A stretch of 60,975 bases of DNA from Macrostomum lignano (lineage: Eukaryota). The stretch lies in contig NIVC01001387.1 of assembly GCA_002269645.1 (NCBI GenBank), positions 1 to 60,975 of the forward strand. The letters are read 5' to 3'. Numbering within the stretch: position 1 is the first letter of the stretch; each line of letters begins with the position of its first letter. A program made the translations under genes and the position numbers. The notes beneath the pieces are model-generated. The model was not told where the DNA came from, made no database searches, and saw only the letters and a list, made by a program, of their open reading frames with translations. Shown here in pieces: positions 49,601 through 60,975 of this stretch.

Positions 49601-51083
49601 CAGTAACAGGGTTTCCTCCGGGAATGGCATCAATTACTCTCAGAATGTTGAAACAGTAACAGGGTTCCCTCCGGGAATGGTATCAGTTACTCTCATAATG
49701 TTTAAACAGTAACAGGGTTCTTTCCGGGAATGGTATCAGTTACTCTCATAATGTTTAAACAGTAACAGGGTTTCCTCCGGGAATGGTATCAGTTACTCTC
49801 ATATTGTTTAAACAGTAACAGGGTTCCCTCCGGGAATGGTATCAGTTACTCTCATAATGTTGAAACAGTAACAGGGTTCCCTCCGGGAATGGTATCAGTT
49901 ACTCTCATATTGTTTAAACAGTAACAGAATGGTATCAGTTACTCTCATAATGTTTAAACAGTAACAGGGTTTCCTCCGGGAATGGTATCAGCTACTCTCA
50001 GAATGTTGAAACAGTAACAAGGTTCCTTCTGGGAATGGCATCAGTTACTCTCAGAATGTTGAAACAGTAACAGGGTTCCCTCGGGAATGGTATCAGTTAC
50101 TCTCAGAATGACAAAGTAAATTACCCTCGGAATCCCCCTCTCTGATTTTTACTTGATTCTTTTATAAATTAATGCATTAAAATAAACATTATTTCAGCCT
50201 CAGTTGGCGGAGGAAAATAAGATAGAGTATTGAATTATTTGGTATACTTAAATTAGAATCGATTAATTGGAATAAAAAAACAGTAAGGCAAGGGTCAAAA
50301 GTGAGTGAACTCAGCAACAGTCGAAAGTTCCACCTGAACAAATCACGCGTAGTTAGAGAGATAGAAAGAAAAATAGACAGTGGAACTTTTGACTTGTTGG
50401 GTATATACTTATAACAAGCTGTTAAAACCCGCGGATTTTGAACCCGGGGAATTCCAATACCCGGAACTACTTTCGCATGTATTCTGAAATCTAAGGCCAT
50501 ACACAAACAAAAACTTGTTAATAGTTAGTAGGATAGAGGTAGACATAAAATGGAGCACCTTCGTGTAAAATTAGGGTTTGAGACATTGTTGGCTGGGGTA
50601 CTGTGCAGAATGTCAGGCAATGTCTGTCTGACTCTAAAACATATATTGCTAAACTCTGGTCTCTCCCTGACTCTCCCTATGTCCCTTGGATCCTTTAAAA
50701 TTTCTATCGTCTCTTTGTTTCCTCTCATCTGTCTCGTACCTCGTCTCTCCTCTCTCCCCTCTTCTCTCGTATCTTCCCTCATCTCTCTTCTCTTTCATCT
50801 CTTTTATCTCATCTCTTGTCTCTTCTTTTCTCTCTCCTCTCCTCTCTCCTCTCCTCTCTCCTCTCTCCCCCTCTCCTCTCTCCTCTCACCCCCTCTTCTC
50901 TCTTATCTTCATTCTCCTTTCTATTCTTTTCTCTCTTCTCTTAACTCTCTCCTCTACTCTCTCATCTCTCCCCTCTTCTCTCGTCTCTTCCCTCACCTCT
51001 TTTCTCTCTCGTCTTTGCTCTCTCATCTTTCCTTTCTCTTCTTTTATCTCTTCTCTCTTATCTCTTCTCATTTCTCTCTGCTC

Positions 51084-51162
<79 letters not shown>

Positions 51163-54100
51163 TTATCTCTCCTCCTCTCTCTACTCTCTCCCTTCTCCAT
51201 TCTCCTCTTTCCTCTCCTCTCTCCTCACTCACTTCTCTACCTTTGTCTCTCCTCTCTCCTCTCGTCTCTGTAACCTCTCCTCTATTCTCTCTACTCTCCC
51301 ATCTTTTATCTGTTCACTCTCGTCTCTGCTCTCTCATCCGCCTCTTTAATCTGGCATCTCTGTCTTATTTGTTCTTCACCTCTCTCCGCTGTACTCTTTT
51401 CTTTCCCCTCTTTTGATTCCTCACTTTCCTTTCTCCTTTCTTCTTTTCTCTTTTCTACCCTTTTCTATACTCTGTCTCCCTCTCTTCTCTCACTCCACTC
51501 TCCTCTCTCCGTTATCTCTCATCTCTCATTTCTCATCTCTCCTTCCACCTCTCTCATCTCTAAAACCTTAGAGATGTAGAGATGTATCTTTATCTCTTCT
51601 CTCTTCCCTTTACTCTCTCATCTCTTCTTTCACCTGTTTCCTCTCTGCCCTCCTCTCTGCTGTCTCCTCTCTCCTCTCATCTGCAGCTCTCTGCTCTCTC
51701 ATCTCTCATCTCTCCTCTCGCTTTTCCTCTCTCCCCTCTTCTCCCCTCTCTCTCATCGTCCTCACCCCCTTATCTCTCCTATTATCTTTTATCTTTTCTT
51801 TTATCCGCTCTGTCGCCTCTCCTCTCTTCGAATCGTCTATTCCTTCTTCTTTCCACTTTCATCTGCCCCTCAGCTATGAGCTGGATTCTTTATCTGGCCT
51901 TTGAGGTAAAAGTATGCCCATCCCTGCTTGGAAAGCCAGTTTGTGGGATGTAGTACTCTCATGGTTGTTCTCATGCTTTGATCACGTCATCTTTCTTGCC
52001 AATTTGCAGCCCTGAAAGGAATTTGTGTATCTTCAGCTCCACTGCAGTCTTCATCGGTCTAACAACCAAGGAAATACGCATTTCTTAGGAGGCCATTTAA
52101 ATTTTAAAGTACCTTTAAGAGAAAACTTAAATTTCCATGGTGTGTCTAATTTAGTAGGGTTGTATTGCATTGCATCGCTTTTTCATAAATCTTTCGCTTT
52201 TACAAACCATGCTGAATTACCTTGATTTGCCATTGCCATCCACTGTTAAACTGCTGCAGAGTTTGCCTATACAGAGGGCAGTGGTTAGAATTTCTCACTA
52301 AACTGTTATGGCTAAACGTAGCCTCTCCACTCTCGGGGTGCAGAGAAGGCTATAAATAAAGTTATTCCAAAACACTGTACATTTGCTATGTACATTCAGT
52401 CCTATCGCCTGACCCTTCGTCTGGCTCTGGGGGAATGAGTGAGTGAGTGAGTGGCACAAACAACAGAAAAAGCAGACAAACTTCACATGCTTACAGTTTC
52501 TTTTTCGGTTGAGTTACAGAGTTGAGACTTTATATTTAGACAGAGAATGAGTCAATGAAGAATTGTGTCAAGTTTGAAGTCAATCGCTTCACGTGGAGCA
52601 AACTTATGGCAGCCGAAAGTTAGTCATTTTAAACCCCTTTTTCACATCTGAGCCCAGATCGGGAAAGAGAGGCAGGCGGGCGGAGGTTGGGGTGGCTGCC
52701 TCGCTGAAAAAAACAGCCTAACTTTAAAAGTGCACAGCGGCTTTCAGGATTAACTTTGAGATTTGAAATTTTACACGATTGTGTCAAAATAGTTGAAAAT
52801 TGCCTGTGTCAAATTTGAAGAGAATCGGTAGAAGTGGAGCGGCGCTATAGAGGATCTAGTGAAAAAATCGCGCATTTTGAGCAGTTTTTTGTACTTTTAG
52901 GTAGGAAGACTTGAGTCTAGGAAATTAAAAGGTAGCTTAAGACATTCTCCGTAGTAAGTTTAGGGTGGGTGTAAAGTTTGGTGTAATTTGGTTGAGCGGT
53001 TTGGGAGTCCATAGCGAAGTAATTTGTCCACAGACAGACAGACAGAGTTTTGGTTTTTATAGGTAGAGACTAGCTGGAATTACCTTCAATTACCTGGATT
53101 CAGAAGAAAAGGAGGGTTGGAGTTCGCGAATGAAGGAAGAGGCAAGATTGAAGAGCCAATCAGAAGAAGGCAATGAGGGAGAGGTAAAGAGAATAACAAG
53201 ACTGAACTAGACGGAGAGGGAAGGTGAAAGTTGAACATGGACTCCTCAGAATTAAACCTCAAGGATCGGGTTACACAGCGGATTTAGATCAAAATCTAAA
53301 AACAGCTTCGTCATAATAGTTTTCTACCCATGATACGGACAAAATTTAAATTTAAAGTTCATCAAACACCCTCCTGCAGCCTGATAAACAGTTCCATCTC
53401 AGAATCAGACAGATCGCTCTAAACACATGGAACAGATTCCCTAATAAAATTAGACAGACGTAAAACAAAGTGCCAAGGAATCCCATTTGCTCGCTGCGCA
53501 CCCCAAGAAGCGTGACTCGAATTTCGCTTTTACAAGTTTAGTTAACCAAAATCTGTCATTAGGCGAGAATTTAAAGCATTATTTAAAAAATGAGGGCTTC
53601 CACAGTCGGATTTGAGTCGGTATTACTAAATATGTTAGATTTTTTGCCAAAGATTGGGAAATGGCCCCAAATCAAAACGTGGGAGCATTGCCCCCCATAA
53701 CCGTTTATTGGTTACCAATTACCAATATCTGTGCAATAATTTTATGAAGGCAAAATCACTACGTGAAGGTGTGACAGCCACGTTTAAAACAATTCTTATA
53801 CATGTCTTCCCGAACTTATTTTGCCTACAATTCTACCGCTTCAATTCTTCAGGAAGCCCTGCACCAGGAGCGAAGCTATTTGAGTAACCTGACCCGGTCA
53901 ATGAGCCTAGTTCTGGACAGCTTCTATGCTGGACTGCGCTGTGCTGGCGTTAGCGCTGCCACTGGTGATGGTATGCCGCTTTTCCTTAGCCGGGTGCGAG
54001 ATGCTGTAAGCGAGTATTACACCGACTATGTGCCTATGTATGAAAAGCTGCGCACGGATGCGGCAGCCACTGCCTCAAAGTCTTCAAGTGTCAGTCAAGC

Positions 54101-54344
54101 CAGCAACGCTACGACTACGAGTGATTTGACATCTGCGCAACAGAAGTCAGACATGTTTATTGGAGCTCGGCCGGCATCCTATTCTGAAGACAGCGATGAC
54201 GATGGCAACAATGCAAGCGCCTCGTCCTGTGAAGGAACCAACGAGCAGAGTGAATTAGAGTCCTTTCGGCGCTATGTCGAGCGTTTGCGGCTTGACAAAG
54301 TCAATGAAGGATGCAGTGGCGATGGTGACGGGCCATCAGACTGA
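43646..54344 (+). CDS. GPN1: GPN-loop GTPase 1 (XAB1/Npa3), 3 exons, about 371 aa
   Basis: Exons 43646-43834, 48217-48651 and 53853-54344, all phase 0 GT-AG. Motifs [30 protein letters not shown] and G.SAATG; acidic C-terminus. Confidence 0.95.
44041..44146 (+). repeat. Dispersed repeat, with an inverted copy at about 47062-47175 and partial copies near 46000 and 46970
   Basis: CTGCCGCA(A/G)GAATTTCCGTGGAAA(G/A)GCCATGGGCCTAGTGTGTGAACAT on opposite strands. Confidence 0.8.
44498..44868 (-). mobile_element. Polinton/Maverick-type retroviral-like integrase remnant
   Basis: [32 protein letters not shown] / IVQSIDDQW.. / [44 protein letters not shown] matches the Polinton integrase pattern (YY.P..FSG..KL; W.ADL; GYKYIL..ID..SK.AW..PLK.K; TD.G). 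Confidence 0.8.
44940..45420 (+). repeat. G-rich tandem repeat, 3 units of 158-171 bp
   Basis: Units start at 44940, 45111 and 45269 (CAAC(C/A)AC..GGCATGGG..GTACCTAAACTTCAATA). Confidence 0.88.
45480..45819 (-). pseudogene. PC4/Sub1-like ssDNA-binding domain remnant, probably part of the same Polinton-like element
   Basis: 45783-45610 translates to [57 protein letters not shown], fitting the PC4 pattern (V.V..F/Y.G...I.IR.F/Y..G..G..L...QW..LK). A second weaker segment follows after a frameshift. Confidence 0.55.
46266..46924. mobile_element. Tc1/mariner-type MITE (659 bp) with near-perfect TIRs of about 240 bp
   Basis: TA-ACGGGTGTCCCAAAAAAGGTAACAC .. GTGTTACCTTTTTTGGGACACCCGT-TA; the arms are essentially identical. 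Confidence 0.9.
48959..50110 (+). repeat. 53-bp minisatellite, about 22 copies, in GPN1 intron 2
   Basis: Unit GAAACAGTAACAGGGTTCCCTCCGGGAATGGTATCAGTTACTCTCAGAATGTT. Confidence 0.97.
50650..51860 (+). repeat. CT-rich polypyrimidine low-complexity tract with a pure (CT)n core near 51087-51157
   Basis: About 1.2 kb that is almost all C/T on the GPN1 sense strand. Confidence 0.95.
52590..53100 (-). mobile_element. Helitron-like non-autonomous element, with its 5' TC directly joined to the CTAG 3' end of another copy
   Basis: Minus strand ..CCAG-CTAG|TC-TCTACCTATAAAAACC..CTCTGTCTGTCTGTCTG..AAACCGCTCAACCAAATT; left boundary approximate. Confidence 0.55.
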
Positions 54345-55445
54345 GGCTTTCTGTATAAAACAAGCCGTATTTCGCAAAAAATTATATGCAAGTTGCCTAA
54401 TAGTTATCCATGCTACAATTTGATTCAATTGTATTCCTAACGTCATTTCATTCAGTAATTTCAATTTTAATGTCCTCCATAAAAATGTTTAGTAACACGG
54501 GCATTTATTTTATGGATCTAATAACAATTCTCAATCTAGCAACTGTTATTACATGCTAAATTTGATAATCTTTCACGACTAGGAAGATTCGCATTCGTAC
54601 TACTTGTATACGAGCATATTCAGCGTAAATTGTATACATATGTTCTTTCTTAAGATAATGACTCAATTAGAAAACAAAAAGAACAATAAGATCGAAATAA
54701 ACGCTGCTTTAATTATTTATACTTAAGTATAAAGTAGGCACCGACAAACCCCAAGCTTCATATCAAGGACTACTAAAGTAGGACGCAACACTCAAAATCT
54801 ATGGAAAATGTCTTGAAGGCAACTTTTCGCCGAAAAATACACTACGGAGATAGGAAGTTATCGATTTTTCAGCACAGAATTTTTTTTTGCTTTCGATAGG
54901 AGGCAGACCCAATGTTCATCTTTTGATGTTGTGCCTTTCTTATAGCTCGTTTGATATTCATAAAGCTTCTCGTTCAGAAAATTATGATGTTACTTTTTCC
55001 ATGAAACGTGAGTGTCGCGTCCTGCATATTCGTTGCTTTAGTTGTCCTTGCTTCAAATTCGTTTCCAATTATATAGTGTAGTTGTAAAGTGACGTAAAGT
55101 AAGGAACAACAATGGAATTCCACTTGGCCTAAGCAACAGAAAAAGCAATACACTTCCATAGTACATCCATAGAGGGATTCAAATATACGCTTTCAAAAAA
55201 TTCGAAATTCAATGACTTAATGGCGAAATTGACAATTGTATATAAATTTAGAAACCTTATTAAAAATAAAGATTTTATTGGAAGATGAAATGAAAAATAA
55301 TTTCAGCAAAACCAAATGTATAATTTAGGGATTTTAAACAGCACATTAGAAAAATTGGAATATGTGACGAGTACAATAGACAACAGGTGAATGAAAGTCA
55401 CAAACAGCATCTAATCATAATTTATCCAACCTGCTGCATTTGCAG

Positions 55446-58400
55446 GCAGAGGCAGTTAGTGAAGCAGTGGAAGGAGCAGCTGCAGTAGCCAGTGCGGCCA
55501 TCGGCGGTGCAGGCGCTGAGGCGGAGTCCGATGCTGGTGCCGTCAGTCTGACTTTTTGTCGGGAATCCAATCTGATGGAACCAGAAGCCGAGCAGGATTT
55601 TTTATTGTGCAGCGCTCCCTTTCGATCTGTGCAAAGTCACACGCAGAAGGCATTCTGTAACATCAATCAAATGCGTTTAGAAGGTCAACTGCTGTGCGAT
55701 GTTGTGCTGGAGGCAGGCACAGAAGAAATTCCTGCACATAGGTAAGCAAGTGTACACTACAATTTTTTCTTTCAATGTCAGGTCGTCTTTTAGTCTCGCA
55801 CATCCTATAAAAATTTGATAAGCATAGTCAAACGTTGCCGGATCGATTGCGCTGTAAGTATGCAGATTGTACATTTATATAACCCCAATTGCTTCCGCAG
55901 GGTGATACTGGCCTCTTGCTCGCCATACTTTCGCGCCATGTTCACCAGTGAGCTCAGTGAATCACGCCAGTCTCGGGTGCGCATGCACCAAATCGATAGC
56001 CGAGTTTTATCCGCACTTGTTGACTTTATTTATACCACTGAGATACACGTTACCGAGGACAATGTCCAGGCGTTGCTCCCAGCAGCAAATTTGTTACAAC
56101 TGGCTGAAGTTCGAGAAGCGTGTTGTGATTTTCTACAGGGCCAGCTACACCCATCCAACTGCCTAGGCATTCTGCGCTTTGCCGATATGCACTCTTGCAC
56201 AGAGCTGTACAATGCGGCTAGACAATATGCTGAGGAGTACTTTAGCAAGGTTATGCAACATGTAGAAGAGTTCCTTCAGCTTTCGTATGACCAGGTGCGA
56301 CAGCTGGTCTGTTCTGACCGGCTCACATGTTCTGCCGAGGTTTGTATAGGCAAGATTCATCTGTACCATTTCGAACTTGAACGTACTGCGGAAAATGTCA
56401 GTTTTCCGAATGCGAGCGTACAGTGTCTTAAAAATGCTGTTAGGCTGTTGTTTAAAAATGATTGGAAATAGCCAATTGCGGGTACATAATTTTTTCTAAT
56501 ATGATTTGAAGGTAGTTGGAAATTAGCTCAAATATTTCCTTGTAATACTAACTAAGCTGATCGCTTCACACTAGCTCATTGACTTTCTTTCTTCTCTGGT
56601 AGCCTATCTTTTTTGCTTAACGTATTTTTCACTTTGGTCCAAAAACGTAAAAAGTTACAGAAATTTCAGACAGCTTAATATTTTGATAGAAGTACGGCTC
56701 GTACATTGTAACACGATTTAAATGTGTAAAAGCGTGCATTAAACGCTAAAAGCGTGCTTAAATAGCTCGTGATCGCGTATTGGCTTGAGTCATTTAATGC
56801 ACGATAAATATATATATATCGTGATTACAATACTACTCAATACTTGGTTTTTCTGACCTTAATTTCTATGGCAATCGTGACTAAGACATTTAAGCACTAA
56901 AAACCAAGTACTGAATCCTATATTCAGAAATCAAACAAAATTGTATTCGACAACACTCACCTAGTGTTTTAGTATCTGTGGGCAAAAGTGACTTCAATTT
57001 TGCTTTGACGATGGCGCCGCTAGTTTCCGTACTGTCTGCACTGTGCCAGCTGTGACGTCGTAATAGAGCCTACAGCAGATTCTCAGCCTCCTGAAGCTGC
57101 AGGAAGTTTCATTCTGCATTGCCGCAGAAAAAGAGATTGCGAACGCAGTCCTTGGGCTTCAACGCTGCCCACCCATGTCTGGTGCGAAACCTCCCGTAGT
57201 GAATTCCCAAACGCCACTCGGGTGAACATTCAGAAATCTATCGGTGACATCAGATTGCAGGCATTGCAATACAAACAAGCAGTTAAGGAACTCGGGTGTT
57301 GCAAGGCGTCTGCTGCAGCCTTTTTATGCGAGAGCCTCCCTGGACCTTTCGGACAGCTCAGTGGGTTTGCACCTGTTGGTTTTGTCACAAGCAGTCTTTT
57401 TAATAAAGAACTGGGTTCAAAGAACTCCATAGTTGCGAGACGAATTCTGATGCTTGGGTGAAATACCTTGGAGTTTAAAGGCTCGTGTGGCGAGCCGCCA
57501 GTTCTTACAGGAATTCAGTGTGCGCGTCTGTTGAATGGAGTGGACGTCTTGAAAATTATGCTGATGACAGGAGCATTCTGTGTTGTGCCAGTAGTCCTCC
57601 GCTGCTTTAGAAAGGTGAAGAGATCTTGCTTTGGCATGGAGACAACTTTGAGAGCACGATCAGGGCTTTTGAAGTTTACTCAGCAACATTGAAAAGTCGC
57701 CACCCTTTGCCCCAGTGAGCATGCAGTGTCTTTCGACCAGCGTATCACCTGGCCAACCACTGATATTAAAAAATGCTCTAAAAACTATGAAAACCGGGCG
57801 GAAGCTTCAATCCATCCAATCTTCGCTTTCCGCTCTTCCCAATCCCTCCTCACCCAGCCCAACTCTGCGTCACGTGGCGCAAGTTGCGTCACTCAAAAGT
57901 CAATACTGAGCTAGAATTGACTGCATTCTCAAAGGTGGCGACTTTTTAATGTTGTTGAGTAAAGCTTATCTAGACCTCGGAATCCGATTCCCTCCTTAGG
58001 TTTATACAGTTGTAAGACTACGTTATAGTTTCTTTGTCTTCAAAGGACAATGGGCGAGCCGATGAAAGGGCTTGGTAGATGTTTGAATCGGTGCATTATT
58101 GACTTCAGTCGCATGTGAAGCAACAGATTCCATGTTGGCTTTGTTTTTCTATTGCTGTTCGATTGCGTTAGTGCGTTCTCACCTACTGATTGCATTTAAA
58201 GCGAGACACTAAACGGCTGAAGTTCTGTAGTTAATTTGATCTAAAATAATTTGTTCCACGTTTTCATAATCGTAGCTCGTATGACATCATACTTCATCTG
58301 GTGAGTTGCTGTGAGTTGCTAATATAATGTCTTAATCATTTGTTGAGACATTGCATTACATTTTCACTTGTATGTCTGTACTGGATCCTTTTTGGGTTAC

Positions 58401-59611
58401 TTTTAAAAAAAAAATTTTAAATGTCGAACATTGAGAAGTTTTATTTTTAATCACTGCATCTCATTTTTATCAAACACAGGTCGAAGTGATTGAAGCCGTG
58501 TTCAGTGGATCAAGCACGACCTCTCAGGCAGGCAACACCACGCTGACTCGCTTCTATCCCATGTGCGGTTCGCTCATCTTCCACAGGAATACCTATTACA
58601 CATAGTCGAGGAGGAAGCACTGCTAAAAGAAAGCCTGCGGTGCAAGGATTTTCTGATAGAGGCGCTGCGCTATCACCTACTTAAGCCCGACCAGAAGGCT
58701 AAGTATCGTAGCGAACGAACCCGGCCGCGCAACCCTGTTGGCCTACCCAAGATCCTGATTGTAATAGGTGGCCAGGCACCGAAGGCAATTCGTACGGTAG
58801 AGTGCTTCAGCTTTAAGGAGGAGCGCTGGTATCCGGTCTCCGAGATGCCTTTCCGTCGTTGCCGCTGTGGCGTAGCGTTAGTTGGCGGTCTAGTCTATGC
58901 CGTCGGTGGCTTCAACGGTTCTCTGCGTGTGCGCACCTGTGAAGTTTATGATCCAGTCCGGGATGAATGGGCCACTGTGGCTAACATGGAAGCTCGCCGG
59001 TCCACTCTCGGCGTAGCATCGCTTGATGGTCTTGTGTATGCCGTCGGCGGCTTTGATGGCTCAAGTGGCCTTAACACGGCTGAAGTCTACAACCCAGCCG
59101 GTAATAAATGGAGCCTCATCGCTCCCATGTCCACACGGCGCAGCTCAGTCGGTGTAGGTATCCTTGCCGGCTGTCTCTACGCTGTCGGAGGCTACGATGG
59201 ACAGAGTCGACAGTGTCTAGCCAGTGTAGAGCGCTATGATCCGGCTCAAGACGCCTGGCACCCAGTGGCTGACATGACCTGCCGCCGCAGCGGCGCTGGC
59301 GTCGGCACCCTGGATGGCCAACTTTACGCAGTCGGCGGACACGACGGGCCACTTGTTAGGAACAGTGTTGAGCGGCTAAATCCATGCTCCGGCTCTTGGT
59401 CTGTTGTGGCTAATATGCATCTTTGTCGGCGTAATGCTGGTGTTGTCGCCTACAATGGTTTTTATTTGTGGTTGGTGGTGATGACGGCTCCTCAAATCTG
59501 GGATCTGTGGAGCGGTACGATCCTCGAACAGACTCTTGGGTGCTTCTGCCCAATAGCATGATGACGGGCCGCAGTTATGCCGGTGTGGCAGTTATTGATA
59601 GTCCACTTTAA
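55446..59611 (+). CDS. KLHL2/3: BTB-BACK-Kelch protein of the KLHL2/KLHL3 (Drosophila kelch) type; two apparent 1-nt frameshifts; start exon uncertain
   Basis: Exons 55446-55741, 55901-56339 and 58480-59611. BTB motif LCDVVL..AHRVILASCSPYFRAMF, BACK motif NCLGI..FAD.H.C, six GG-containing kelch repeats, end RSYAGVAVIDSPL*. The frame is restored by adding one base near 58500 and one T at about 59459-59463. Confidence 0.9.
57270..57660 (+). mobile_element. Deleted non-LTR (LINE) reverse transcriptase remnant in KLHL intron 2
   Basis: One frame gives TGFKELHSCET and ENYADDRSIL (GF....S.ET and YADD motifs), with stops. Confidence 0.45.
57675..57963. mobile_element. Small MITE-like element with inverted ends of about 40 bp
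   Basis: TTTACTCA(G/A)CAACATT(G/A)AAAAGTCGCCACC.TTTG on both strands; TSD not identified. Confidence 0.55.
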
Positions 59612-60599
59612 CATTTGGTCTCGTTTTTTAATAAATACATATAGACCGAGAAGTCTGAGTTACTGCTATAGACTTTTGTAAATAGGTTATTTCTGCGTGG
59701 TAGTTTGATATTTGACTCATTTACATCATGATCTATCAGTTGGCGATATTTTTTCTCTTATCGCTTAAAACTCCGTTGTTAAGTCTTGTGTTTAGTATAT
59801 TTCTGTGCCCAGGTGTCAAGTGGCAACTAATTCGTATTACTTGCTTTAAAAAATAGTTTAGGCCACTGTTAGCTAGCTCGTAAATGCAGTGAATTACTAG
59901 CTGTAGCCGATTGATTCGGTTCAGCAATAGTGTTTCTGTTGTGTTCGTTTGTTTTATACTTGAAGATAGGGGCGTAGGCGTATGTAATAAGTAGCAGTAG
60001 TCGACTGAAAAATACGAGTAGTATATAAATGCAAAAGATGAGCTCATTTTTGATGCAAAAAACGTTTTGTTTGTTTGGTTTTAATCTTTGCATAGAGATA
60101 TGTTAATAAATTGCTTCTAAGATAGCTCGTAGCTTCACCTCGGGATATTCTCTATGGTTATATTCTCGTTTCAGTGTTTTAGCTCGTAATCTTCTTACAT
60201 AGTTTGTTGTTTTTCCAAAATTTTATATCAAAACATTTCGCATGTATGCCGTGTGGCTTGTATTTTTGTGCTAATATACTATAGTATAGTTATAGCTTTT
60301 GTCGCGCTATGTGAACACTGGGCCTGCAAAACGGAATTCTATGGCCAAGCGTTTAAACGAGACATAGACAACTCGATTTGTCATGCTAGCTATATGGAGC
60401 GATAAGCCGGAATAGAAGGAACGGTTAGAATTCTTAAAGAAAGAATAAAAACTGTCAATAATAATGAATATTTTTTCACAAATTGATAGCATCAAAATGT
60501 ACTTAGCTCTTAAACAGGTCAACTCTTAAACAGATGTCGCCGCAAACACTATTAAAGCAATATGTTGCAGCGCAGCTCCCAACCAGTGCATTTGTCAAC

Positions 60600-60900
60600 A
60601 GTGATTGCTTGGCCAACGGTTTCTGCCGCCTCTCGCTCGAGTAACAAGAATCCACTGCTCAAGTGTCACTCCTTCAGGATTTGTGTTGAAATTCTGTTTC
60701 GGGAAAATGTGGGCCATCCATAAAAATTACCCAGTTTTCGTTAGGCCCCAGTTGATGGCAGCGGTCTGCTAAGTGGCAGCTTCCAAACTGCCGGCTTGAT
60801 TGAATGTTGACCGAATGCGCTGAACAGAAGAATCGGATACTCTTAACACCCTTCATCGGCAGTCCACAGTGCAAGGCGGCGACGATACGCTGTGGATCAC
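60600..60900 (-). pseudogene. Possible Tc1/IS630-like transposase HTH remnant
   Basis: QRIVAALHCG.. then, after a frameshift, RVLRVSDSSVQRIRSTFNQAGSL resembles paired-like HTH; weak. Confidence 0.3.
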
Positions 60901-60975
60901 GTTCAGAAATTTGCGGACCCTTATAGTTTAACTCGATTAACCGATAGAAAATGAAAACGTATTGTTGTCTCTGTG

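Noticed and set aside
48959-50110. CRISPR-like array (also considered for the 23-bp, 28-30 bp and 150-bp arrays)
   Set aside because: Units are contiguous with no unique spacers, there are no cas genes, and the context is eukaryotic
50525-51953. Long Ser/Leu-rich and Arg/Glu-rich ORFs
   Set aside because: Artefacts of CT/AG low-complexity sequence, which lacks stop codons
59609-59650. Drosophila kelch-like stop-codon readthrough into a second ORF
   Set aside because: The stop is TAA and another in-frame stop follows within about 11 codons

Overview
Eukaryotic window, most likely an invertebrate animal; the species cannot be determined from the sequence. It has spliceosomal GT-AG introns and TTAGGG-like repeats, and no CRISPR array or intact RNA gene. 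Four host genes are visible: the 5' part of a perlecan-like Ig/LDLa gene on the minus strand (about 5.2-12.6 kb, probably continuing left out of the window), an intronless PSMC1/Rpt2 (40.5-41.8 kb), a three-exon GPN1 (43.6-54.3 kb) and a KLHL2/3-type BTB-BACK-Kelch gene (55.4-59.6 kb). A roughly 28-kb gene-free block (12.6-40.4 kb) and the introns are filled with mobile elements and satellites. These include a Gypsy element nested in a hAT MITE, a DIRS/Ngaro-like element, two Penelope-like remnants, a mariner, an intact IR/DR Tc1, Helitron-like pieces, SINEs, MITEs and a MULE remnant. Three observations stand out. First, a two-copy MITE with 8-bp TSDs carries the conserved 28S rRNA segment that R2 retrotransposons and I-PpoI target, and the cut site is altered in both copies. 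Second, GPN1 intron 1 holds a Polinton/Maverick remnant (integrase plus a PC4-like domain) that the ORF track largely misses. Third, old repeats show heavy C-to-T decay, apparently beyond CpG. All translations and alignments were done by eye, so repeat boundaries are approximate.
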